Below are positions 25,269-34,468 of a DNA stretch of 36,127 nt, one piece after another. Numbering within the stretch: position 1 is the first letter of the stretch; each line of letters starts with the position of its first letter. The notes beneath the pieces were generated by a model. That model had not been told where the DNA came from. It did no database searches and worked only from the letters and a program-made list of their open reading frames with translations. The stretch covers positions 1-36,127 of IMG/VR virus record IMGVR_UViG_3300048882_000035; one strand, 5' to 3'. Source of the stretch: a virus. Taxonomy: Duplodnaviria; Caudoviricetes. The position numbers and the translations under genes were made by a program.

Positions 25269-28200
25269 ATGGCTTTAATTTCTGGGACTATACCAAGTCT
25301 AATTAATGGTATATCACAGCAGCCCGCTACACTAAGACTAAATACTCAGGGAGAAGTCCAAGAAAATGGGCTATCCCATATTGCTAGAGGGTTAGAAAAG
25401 AGACCCTGTACGGAGCATGTGGCTCAAATAGATGGTATATCATCGACTAATAGTGATGATGTTTTTATCCATACTATTCGCAGAAGTGAAGATGAAGCAT
25501 ACGCTTTAATAATGAAAGGTGGTACTACAAATGGTACAAATGGGTCAACTGCTAATGTAGATACAGAAGTAAAACTAATTGATCTCACAGGTTATGCTAC
25601 TGGAGTTGCAGGGAATGAGGTGTACGTACTAGATCAAGAGCAGACAGCTAGTTATCCAAGTGGGGCTACCTCAATCAGTTGTACTACTCAGAGTAGCACT
25701 ACAGTATTAGTACCGGGATCTACTATGCCATTAGTAGGGCAGTCTGTAAAAGGAGCAGGAATCCAAGATAATACAACTGTAGTATCAGTTTCAGGTACTA
25801 CCTCATTTGTTATATCATTAACCGCAACAGCAGGAGCGACTGTAACTTTAACATTTGGTGGACAAGAAAGTACTAGTAGCAAAGGAATTACATCTTCAGT
25901 TTCTATGGCTACCAATTCTATACCAAATAACTACTTCAAGAACTTTGCTGCATCAACCGAAACTTCTCCCAAGAATTTATTTTCTCCTAATAGTTTATCA
26001 TCAACTACTATTGCCGACTTTTCCTTTATACTGAATAAAACTCAACCTGTAAAACAAAGTGTTGACTTACCTAGTACCAGACCTTATGAAGCCCTACTTT
26101 ATTATAAAATTGGAGACTTCGGTGCAAAGTATCAAGCACTTATTACTGAGTGGAACGTAGGTTTAGATGGAGAAAGATTAACTAAAGACCTTCTACATAG
26201 TGAACTTCCTGAAGATCATGCACTAGTTGATGCTTCTCATACCAATCCAGCAACCCCTGCCCATGTATTCAGAAGGGCAATGAGAAACCGGTATAAGATT
26301 GTCTTTGCAACACCTGATAATGAGGTGGAGTCTAGATCTGGATTAGGAGAAGCAGGTAACTCTGAATCCATTAATAACCAAGCATCAGTCCGTGTTAATA
26401 ATATTGCAAACGCAATAAAAACAGGAGCAGACGCAAGTGAAATAGTTCACTTAATACGGGCAGATGGAGCAGGAACATTTAGTGCTTCTAACTACAAGAT
26501 TATTGTTAGTCTTGGAACTACGGATAATTCAGATGTAGCCTACACAGGAGACAAGGGAGTCAAAAGTAAAGGAGTAGTCACAGGGACTATGGACTCTACA
26601 GCTAGTAATTCAACTCATGATATGATATGGACTCCAACAGGAACTAGTAGAGTCAGTTGTACTACAGCAGCAAGTAGTACTACAGTATCATGCACCGCTT
26701 CAACCAGTATAGCAGTAGGACAGTTAGTATATGGGGATGGAGTCCCAGCAGGTTCAAAAGTAGTAACAATTAATAATGCGACAACTACCTCTTTTACTAT
26801 GACAGAAGCCGCAACAGCATCAGCAACTACAACTTTAACATTTGGTGAGGGAACAGGTTATGGTTTAAATGACCTGATAACTGATAATGCCAGATTCAAG
26901 GTTTTACACGATCCTAATACAAGTGTAATACATATTAAAAATAACACCTATCCCATTACTGTTGAACTTACAGATGGTAAAGGTGACACATATTCCAGAT
27001 CAGTTAATGGTAGTGATGAAGTGCCTAACTTTGGTTACCTACCCGGATCGGCAAATATTGAAACTGGTTTTGTTGCAAAGATTTCTGGAGACAAGGCATC
27101 TGGACAAGACGACTACTATGTAAATTGGACAGGCTCAGTATGGAAAGAAGTGGTTCAACCTATGTATCCCGGTGGTTTAGAAATAGAGGGGGCAACTGGG
27201 TTTATTACTCCTTATACATTAAATACTACGGCTACTTCAGCTATTTATGATCCTGCTTATGTACTAAATGCTCTAAAAAGGTCTCGCTATAGGACTATAG
27301 ATAGTACCACAATGCCTATGCAACTCTTTAAAGCCTTTGGAAAAGTCTACGATGGTACAACAGGACAATCAGATGCTATATACTTTATATTAAAACCAGT
27401 TGAATGGGCAGATAGGGAGGCAGGAGACAACCTTACTAACCCATTCCCATCATTTAGTAACTACGATTCATTCGCTTCTCCTAACGGAGTCTATACGATT
27501 AATGATATATTCTTTCATAGGAATAGACTAGGATTCATCTCCGATGAGAATGTAATACTTTCTGAGTCTGGAGGCTATTACAACTTCTTCCACAATACTG
27601 TGTTATCCGTTTTAGATACAGCCCTAATTGATGTGGCAGTTAGTAATAACCAAGTGGCTATACTTAAGTCTGCCATACCATTCCAAGAAAACCTTATACT
27701 GTTCTCAGACCTCCAGCAGTTCAAACTCACCTCTGATGCCTTCCTTACACCTACCTCAGTAATGGTTGACGTTGCAACCAACTTTGAGACCTCCACAGTA
27801 GCTAAACCAGTTCCGGCTGGTAAAACGATCTTCTTCCCATTTCAACGTGGGGCATTCTCAGGTATACGTGAGTACTCCATTAATATTGCGTCTGAAACTA
27901 ATGATGCTAATGAGATAACTGCCCACGTTCCAGAGTATGTTGAGGGAGTAGTTAAGAAGTTGGCAGTATCCTCTAACGAAGAAGTGCTTCTGATTCTCTC
28001 TGAGACAGACCGAAGGGTACTAAGGGTCTATAAGTACTACTATAATGATGCAGAGAAGATGCAGTCTGCATGGTCAACGTGGACATTTGATGCAGAAATA
28101 ATCGATATGTCTTTCATAGGATCAATAGCATTCTTCTTGTTTAGACGAGGAACACAGATTTACCTAGAGAAGTTAAACCTTTCTGTAGATAATGCTACCT

Positions 28201-29615
28201 CCATAATGGATGACGAAATAGGTGTTAGACTAGACAGGCGAAAAAGAATAACTTCTATGGTGTACACACTAAAGGACTATACTCCTACTCCTATTAAAAA
28301 TGCAACAGAAACCGCATTTACTGCCGATCATACTACAGAGTTTATAACTTCAAATAACCACGGACTAAGTAACACTCAAAAAATACGAGTAATAGGAACA
28401 GACCTGCCAGCAGGGTTAGCTATTGATACAGATTATTATGTTAGAGAAAAGACAACCCATACATTCAAGGTTGAACTGAGTATCGGTGGTGGTGCAATAA
28501 ATATAACAGATAATGGTACTCCTACAAATAGTTGGGTATATGCTAATTCAGCATGGCAGATTAACCATACATCAACTGCAAATACTGTAGTACAAACGTC
28601 TACCACAGGAACCGGAACATTGATGAAGTTCACAACTGTTACTGATGCCTCTGGTAATCCTACGTTCACTATTACTACACAAGGGTCAGGCTATAACTTA
28701 GGTGATACACTCACCATTACTGATCCGGGTAATACTACTAATACAGCAATAGTAACTCCATACCTATTACCCTATGGTGATACAAACTATGACAAACTAA
28801 CTGCATCAGCAACCGACAATGTAACCTTAGATACGGCTGTAATTGACGGATGGGGGTCTAAGATTAAAATACAAGGGTTAAACAATGGTTACCTACCTAG
28901 AGTGGGGCAGCTATTCTACAAGCAAATACGAAATGAAATTACAGCTGCATTAGAAGGTAGTTCAGGAGTAACTTATAAAGTAACAGCCGTCACAGTAGAC
29001 CCTGATGATGCAACTAAAGCACAAATTAAGATAACCCCCTCTGTCGCTAAAGAAGCACCATGGAGTAAAGTAACAGTATCAGGAACTACTTATGAACAAG
29101 TCTTACAGTTTGAAGCTAGAGAACCTGTGTACGTTGTGGAAACAGGAGAGGAAGTACCAGCAAATAAAGTGGTTGGTATTATGTCAACAGGTTCAGACTA
29201 CTCTAAAGATGTGGGTAATGCAACTCCAGAGGTGTTTGCAGGAGTCCGATACGACTTTAGGTATCAGTTCTCTGAGCAGTTTGTTAAGAGCAATGAAAAC
29301 TCAATTAACTCAGGTAGATTACAAATGAAAAACTTTGAGATCTCCTATGCAAACTCAGGTAACTTTGATGTAGAAGTGGCTCCAAGACCTTTTGATGACT
29401 TATATCGTACAATTAATACTAAAGAATTCACAGCTAAAATTCTGGGTTCTGTGTTGCTTGGGAATCTACAATTAGAAACAGGAGTACTACGAGTTCCAGT
29501 TTATTGTAATAGTAGGGATGCAAGAATTACAGTAACAAGTAAGGCGTGGCATCCAGTAGCATTACAATCAGCAGACTGGGAGGCACTACAAGTACTTAGA
29601 AACCAAAGAATCTAA
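25269..29615 (+). CDS. Tail tubular protein B / nozzle (gp12-like) with large insertions
   Basis: MALISGTIPSLINGISQQP, GLEKRP, WADREAGD..TNPFPSF, FFHRNRLGF, QSAWSTW, GRLQMK. Confidence 0.93.
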   Translation: MALISGTIPSLINGISQQPATLRLNTQGEVQENGLSHIARGLEKRPCTEHVAQIDGISSTNSDDVFIHTIRRSEDEAYALIMKGGTTNGTNGSTANVDTEVKLIDLTGYATGVAGNEVYVLDQEQTASYPSGATSISCTTQSSTTVLVPGSTMPLVGQSVKGAGIQDNTTVVSVSGTTSFVISLTATAGATVTLTFGGQESTSSKGITSSVSMATNSIPNNYFKNFAASTETSPKNLFSPNSLSSTTIADFSFILNKTQPVKQSVDLPSTRPYEALLYYKIGDFGAKYQALITEWNVGLDGERLTKDLLHSELPEDHALVDASHTNPATPAHVFRRAMRNRYKIVFATPDNEVESRSGLGEAGNSESINNQASVRVNNIANAIKTGADASEIVHLIRADGAGTFSASNYKIIVSLGTTDNSDVAYTGDKGVKSKGVVTGTMDSTASNSTHDMIWTPTGTSRVSCTTAASSTTVSCTASTSIAVGQLVYGDGVPAGSKVVTINNATTTSFTMTEAATASATTTLTFGEGTGYGLNDLITDNARFKVLHDPNTSVIHIKNNTYPITVELTDGKGDTYSRSVNGSDEVPNFGYLPGSANIETGFVAKISGDKASGQDDYYVNWTGSVWKEVVQPMYPGGLEIEGATGFITPYTLNTTATSAIYDPAYVLNALKRSRYRTIDSTTMPMQLFKAFGKVYDGTTGQSDAIYFILKPVEWADREAGDNLTNPFPSFSNYDSFASPNGVYTINDIFFHRNRLGFISDENVILSESGGYYNFFHNTVLSVLDTALIDVAVSNNQVAILKSAIPFQENLILFSDLQQFKLTSDAFLTPTSVMVDVATNFETSTVAKPVPAGKTIFFPFQRGAFSGIREYSINIASETNDANEITAHVPEYVEGVVKKLAVSSNEEVLLILSETDRRVLRVYKYYYNDAEKMQSAWSTWTFDAEIIDMSFIGSIAFFLFRRGTQIYLEKLNLSVDNATSIMDDEIGVRLDRRKRITSMVYTLKDYTPTPIKNATETAFTADHTTEFITSNNHGLSNTQKIRVIGTDLPAGLAIDTDYYVREKTTHTFKVELSIGGGAINITDNGTPTNSWVYANSAWQINHTSTANTVVQTSTTGTGTLMKFTTVTDASGNPTFTITTQGSGYNLGDTLTITDPGNTTNTAIVTPYLLPYGDTNYDKLTASATDNVTLDTAVIDGWGSKIKIQGLNNGYLPRVGQLFYKQIRNEITAALEGSSGVTYKVTAVTVDPDDATKAQIKITPSVAKEAPWSKVTVSGTTYEQVLQFEAREPVYVVETGEEVPANKVVGIMSTGSDYSKDVGNATPEVFAGVRYDFRYQFSEQFVKSNENSINSGRLQMKNFEISYANSGNFDVEVAPRPFDDLYRTINTKEFTAKILGSVLLGNLQLETGVLRVPVYCNSRDARITVTSKAWHPVALQSADWEALQVLRNQRI

Positions 29616-29634
29616 ATGTGGACATTTACGTAGT
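29615..29634 (+). promoter_or_regulatory. Putative phage RNAP late promoter (phi13 position)
   Basis: AATGTGGACATTTACGTAGT between the gp12-like and gp13-like genes. Confidence 0.72.
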
Positions 29635-29649
29635 TAAAAAAATAAACTT

Positions 29650-30123
29650 ATGGAATACACAGTAGATAAGGCAAGCATGGGTGACTGCTTAGAACTTGCA
29701 CCAAAGATGAGACAATCAGATATTCAGGAGATATGGAGTTCAGGTAGGTTCACTCCTACTAGTGGACTAGTGGAAAGCTTGGAAGTCTCAGGTGAACAAG
29801 CTTATTCACTTAAGTTAGATGATGAGGTAGTAGGTATGTTTGGGGTAGCCCCATGTAAAGAAGAACCCAGTATAGGAGTAGTGTGGCTTATGGGTACAGA
29901 TAATATGACTACCAACAAAAGAGGGTTTTATAAAGTATCACAAAGATACCTAAAGAAGTTCTTAAAGTTATATAAGACAGTATTTAACTATGTAGACGAA
30001 AGGAACACAAGTTCATCAAAGTGGTTAGAAAGTTTAGGCTTCCAAAATTTACACAGGGAACCTAAGTTTGGAGTAGATAAAGTCCCATTTAATTTATATG
30101 TAAAGGATAAAGAATATGTGTGA
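29650..30123 (+). CDS. Internal virion protein A (gp13-like, GNAT-like fold)
   Basis: MRQSDIQEI, VVGMFGV, VWLMGT, NYVDERN..S.KWLESLGF. Confidence 0.9.
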   Translation: MEYTVDKASMGDCLELAPKMRQSDIQEIWSSGRFTPTSGLVESLEVSGEQAYSLKLDDEVVGMFGVAPCKEEPSIGVVWLMGTDNMTTNKRGFYKVSQRYLKKFLKLYKTVFNYVDERNTSSSKWLESLGFQNLHREPKFGVDKVPFNLYVKDKEYV

Positions 30124-30982
30124 TCCAGTATCAGGAGCAATGGCAGCGATGGCTATGATTCAACAGCAACAATCACAAGAAGCCGCAAAGAAACAAGCAG
30201 ATGCAGTCAATGATTCCTTTAGGGAAAACAATGAGATGCAGGTTGATGCCTACAATAAAGACATGGAGGCATACTGGGATGAAGAGGTAAATATACAAGA
30301 GGAGGCATTTGAAAATGCTGAAGACGCTGCCGAAGCTAAGTTACAAATGAAAGTCTCGCAACAACAAGACTCTGCTTCAATGATGGTTGCTAATGCAGAA
30401 ACTTCAGGAGGAGGAGCAACCCCACAAGCCTTACTAGGAAACTTAAGAAGGTCTCAATTAAATAGTGCAATGGACTTAGATGATGCCTACCAAAGAGGAG
30501 TTGTAGCACTTGGTGGAGAAGTGTCTGCCCTACAAAGGGATAAAACTGTTAGAAGGAATCAAGCTATTGGTGCTATTAATAGTGCTCCTAGAGCCGGATA
30601 CCAGACAAATGAATCTAAACTTATGGCTATTGGGTTAGCAGGAGGTAGTGCCTTTGTTCAAGGTCAGGCAATGCAAGGAAATAGCTTATTTCCATCCACT
30701 TCTCCTACCAAAGTAAGGGGAGGAGTTAATCCTAGTGCTATGAGACAACGTAGAATGAGTTATAAAAAGGCGAAGGGATTTAGGTCAAATATGACAAAAT
30801 CAAGTTTACTTTCTTCAAATGAATTAGGAGGAATGGCTCCACCATTAGGTGCAGGTCGTGGTGTAATTACTGGAGGTAAAGGCTGGACATATAGAGGTAC
30901 AGGAGCAAACACCGGAATGAGAAGTCGAGGAAGAACTTGGTCACAAAAAGGTGGTTTTAATTATAATTACTATAATGTATAA
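30116..30982 (+). CDS. Internal virion protein B (gp14-like)
   Basis: MCDPVS start, Q/A-rich helical body, Gly-rich hydrophobic segment; synteny. Confidence 0.8.
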   Translation: MCDPVSGAMAAMAMIQQQQSQEAAKKQADAVNDSFRENNEMQVDAYNKDMEAYWDEEVNIQEEAFENAEDAAEAKLQMKVSQQQDSASMMVANAETSGGGATPQALLGNLRRSQLNSAMDLDDAYQRGVVALGGEVSALQRDKTVRRNQAIGAINSAPRAGYQTNESKLMAIGLAGGSAFVQGQAMQGNSLFPSTSPTKVRGGVNPSAMRQRRMSYKKAKGFRSNMTKSSLLSSNELGGMAPPLGAGRGVITGGKGWTYRGTGANTGMRSRGRTWSQKGGFNYNYYNV

Positions 30983-30992
30983 AGGATAAACC

Positions 30993-32582
30993 ATGATACC
31001 CAAAAATCAGACATTTGACAACTCAAAGAGGAACCTCTTAAGTGCTCAGAGAGGTATGAAGGAACCTAAAAAAATACAAATCTTTCGGGAAGGGAAGGTT
31101 GCTAACTCCGGAGCATCTCTTCAGCCTAAAAAACCTGATCCAGAAGCAGGTAGACAAGAATCCGAAGATGCCAAACTAATAGGTATGATGAAGGACTTTG
31201 TCTTTGGAAAAGGAATGCTCCAAGAACAGTACCAAGATTCGGAGAAAGAAAGAGGAATTGCATCGTGGGAAAGAGCTACTTCAGACCAAAGAGAAGGTTA
31301 CGAGAAGGCTATAAAAAATGGGTGGATAAACAGTAAAGAAAGTCCATACTTCAGAGAGTCTGTTACAAATGCATACACAGATAACTTAGTCCACAAAGCA
31401 TCCTTAAAGATGTGGACTGAGTATGAGAAGTGGCCTGACAAGAACAACCCTAGTAGTGGTAGCCTTGAGAATTTCTTTCAACAACAAGAAGATGCAATAG
31501 CAATAAACTTAGAAACAATACCTGACGAAACTCTAAAGAATAGATTCTATGAACAATGGCAAGCACAGAAGAGAGAACTAACTAGAAAGCATGGTAACTA
31601 CCTAAATGCTGAGTATAATGCTAAAGCACAAGATGAGATAGATAATTTGATCTACAATAGACTCGTGGAGTATGATGGAGTACTATCACAAGACTTTAGG
31701 AATAGTAAGGTTCCTCTCTCACAGATGCTGGATAAGCAAAGGTACACAAGAGCAGATCTTCTGGAAGTTAGCCGTGTCCTTGAAGCTGTCACCCCTAATG
31801 GAAAATTACCTCCAAAGGAATTAGAAGAGCTTCAAATTAAAGCTGCAACAAGGGGTGGAGTATATAAGGAAGTATATGAAGGATTAACTCATAATACAGA
31901 TGCAGACCCACAAGTTGCACTAGCACCTTATCCAATGAAAGAGGGTACTAAGATACCTACAGAAGTTGCGGTAGAAATAGCAAAAGTATTACCTTCTAAT
32001 ATAGAAATTAATGATGCTAAAGATGTACAATTAATCGAGAAACATCTTGAATCAATAAAAGCTAATGCTCCAGTATCCGGAGATTGGGAAAAAATGGCTG
32101 AATCAGAGAAGTTCTTCACATTTGCAGGTATCATTTCTCCTGCTAAACCAGCAGTAAGTGTGGGAGAAAGTGTAATCTCCAGTATGGTTCTTGGTCTTAA
32201 AAATGGAGAAAGTGCCGTAGCTATGGCAGAGCATCCTCTTACTGTAAAAGGAGGCCCATTAATTAAAGAAGGAGGAGGAGCAAATGGAACCTTACCTGTG
32301 TTCCTAGCGACATCTAAGGACTATCCTCCAGATGTTCAAACCTTTGCCGATCAGTTTGCACTCAGTCTTGAAAAACAACGTACAAGTACCTTAAAGATTT
32401 GGCATGGCTACTTAGACAAATATTATAGTGGTAAAAAGGGGGCTACCGCTAATATTTGGAAGCCAGACACAAGACCCGGAAAGAAAGGGAAATGGTTTAT
32501 AAATGATTGGGAAAACGCTAATTTTAACTTAATACAATTTAAGTCTTATGTAACAAAGATGGAAGAGGAAGGTAAAATATAA
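30993..32582 (+). CDS. Internal virion protein C-like (gp15-like), first of two genes
   Basis: Synteny after gp14; AIKNGWINSKESPYFR segment; helical and charged composition. Confidence 0.6.
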   Translation: MIPKNQTFDNSKRNLLSAQRGMKEPKKIQIFREGKVANSGASLQPKKPDPEAGRQESEDAKLIGMMKDFVFGKGMLQEQYQDSEKERGIASWERATSDQREGYEKAIKNGWINSKESPYFRESVTNAYTDNLVHKASLKMWTEYEKWPDKNNPSSGSLENFFQQQEDAIAINLETIPDETLKNRFYEQWQAQKRELTRKHGNYLNAEYNAKAQDEIDNLIYNRLVEYDGVLSQDFRNSKVPLSQMLDKQRYTRADLLEVSRVLEAVTPNGKLPPKELEELQIKAATRGGVYKEVYEGLTHNTDADPQVALAPYPMKEGTKIPTEVAVEIAKVLPSNIEINDAKDVQLIEKHLESIKANAPVSGDWEKMAESEKFFTFAGIISPAKPAVSVGESVISSMVLGLKNGESAVAMAEHPLTVKGGPLIKEGGGANGTLPVFLATSKDYPPDVQTFADQFALSLEKQRTSTLKIWHGYLDKYYSGKKGATANIWKPDTRPGKKGKWFINDWENANFNLIQFKSYVTKMEEEGKI

Positions 32583-34465
32583 TGGCAACAATATTTGAAC
32601 AGAACCTCTCTGAACAAGGGCTTAATGAGACACAGAAAAAAAAGGCCCGTTTTAATAACATTAATCAAATAGACATAGGACTAAAGCAACGTAGAGATGA
32701 CGAAACAGGTACTCTAAGTGTAGTCGAGGATTTAAACCATACCCTTTCTGAACTTGGGCAACGTGGGCATTCCTATAGAATACTCAATAAGTTGGCAGGT
32801 CAACAGATTGCTATGAAGGCTAGGGCTAAAGGAGACAGAAGGCGATTAGACCTCTTAGACCACATTAGAACTCCAGGCGGTGTCTATGGTCATACAGTTG
32901 AAGGTATGAAGCTTAAGCAGATGACTGTGAACCAAATGGAGGCAGACTCAGAAGCAGATGAAGCAAGTGAAAGAGCCGCTTATACTCATGGGATTAAAGT
33001 ACTACTACATGAATATAAGATGGAAATAGGACAACTACTTAAGGAAAAAGCCTCTGAAACAGACCCAAATAAAATACAAGAAATAGAAAAGAAGATACAA
33101 GGTGTTTTATCCAATGCGGGAGTAGAGGGAGTAGGAGGTCAACTCCAGATATATAAAAACAGGTTGACTACAGGTCAGGACTCCTTGACTCAAGGTAAAA
33201 ATAGGATACTTGGTTGGAATGATGTTGTTAATCCTGATAGCGTAGATAAGAAAACTGTTAGAGATAGAATAGTAGATGTATTAGCAGATCCAGCTACTGA
33301 TTCTAGTCTTAAATCTAGAGAGAATCGTATAGCTACAGAATTAGATGGAGAAAATATCACACCAAATCCAGCCACACTAAAACTCTTTAAACGTATTAAT
33401 GATTCATACGTAGCACCTACAGCAACCCCTTTATGGACAGTTGAGAGAGAGTATCAAGAAGGTATAATTACAAATAACCTTCTGCCTTTTAATATGTACC
33501 CAAATCACATGGCAAAACTACGTGGTTTAGGGAAGTCGCAACCAACTCCTCCTGCGATTATGGCGAGGCTTGCAAAAGCAAAGAATGACTTAAGATTTGC
33601 ATTTGTACAAGAGTTTGACAAATATGGTACTTCCTTAGAGCAGAGGCCGGAAGACGAGAATACAAAAGAAGAGAATAGACCACGATATGGTTATGGAGAA
33701 TGGATTGGATCAGAGAAAGCCGCCTTTGTGGAGTCACCTGCATACAAAGAAAAGGTACGTAAGATTACAGACGACCTTGATACTGACCTTAAAAGATTAA
33801 CTGCTCTAGAAGCTCCTAAAGTAAAAGAGAGAGATAATCATAATGATCTGGTTAATACAAAAATGCCAGCTAAAAAAGAAGGGCCGAAAACCTTCATGGA
33901 TCTTCAAAAGATGATATATGATGATGATGATGGAGTCGAGCAGCGTCATTATGGTGTAATGGAGACCTATGAACAGTTTAAAAAAGCTATATGGGGATTA
34001 GCTTTAAATGCTACTGACAAGTATAAGGGTATAGCAGATATACACTCTTGGTCGGATGACGTACACTCTTGGTTTAAAGAGGCAACCGCAGGTACAGACG
34101 ATCCTAAAATAAAACAAAAGCAAATAGAAGCTTTATGGGATTGGGGTATCTACCTAATTAAACGGAAGAAAATTAATACAGTATCATTAGATAATACCCT
34201 TAGTACGGAGCAGATGGAAAAGAAAATAAATACCATTCGTAAATCTAAAGTTCCTTTCCCTAAAGAAATCACTAGTTTTATAGGTGCAAAGAAACTGATT
34301 AAGAAGAGTACAACAAAGAAATCCACAAAGAGTAACAAGAAACTAACTCAAATCGAACAGGAAGCAGAGATCACAACAACAGATCTATTGAAGAAAGTTG
34401 AAGCGAATGAACCCGAAGCTATAAAAACATTAAAAAAATGGTTTAAGAATATATTTGGAGAATAA
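32582..34465 (+). CDS. Additional internal virion protein candidate
   Basis: 627-aa ORF, TAATG-coupled, between the gp15-like and gp16-like genes. Confidence 0.55.
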   Translation: MATIFEQNLSEQGLNETQKKKARFNNINQIDIGLKQRRDDETGTLSVVEDLNHTLSELGQRGHSYRILNKLAGQQIAMKARAKGDRRRLDLLDHIRTPGGVYGHTVEGMKLKQMTVNQMEADSEADEASERAAYTHGIKVLLHEYKMEIGQLLKEKASETDPNKIQEIEKKIQGVLSNAGVEGVGGQLQIYKNRLTTGQDSLTQGKNRILGWNDVVNPDSVDKKTVRDRIVDVLADPATDSSLKSRENRIATELDGENITPNPATLKLFKRINDSYVAPTATPLWTVEREYQEGIITNNLLPFNMYPNHMAKLRGLGKSQPTPPAIMARLAKAKNDLRFAFVQEFDKYGTSLEQRPEDENTKEENRPRYGYGEWIGSEKAAFVESPAYKEKVRKITDDLDTDLKRLTALEAPKVKERDNHNDLVNTKMPAKKEGPKTFMDLQKMIYDDDDGVEQRHYGVMETYEQFKKAIWGLALNATDKYKGIADIHSWSDDVHSWFKEATAGTDDPKIKQKQIEALWDWGIYLIKRKKINTVSLDNTLSTEQMEKKINTIRKSKVPFPKEITSFIGAKKLIKKSTTKKSTKSNKKLTQIEQEAEITTTDLLKKVEANEPEAIKTLKKWFKNIFGE

Positions 34466-34468
34466 CTA

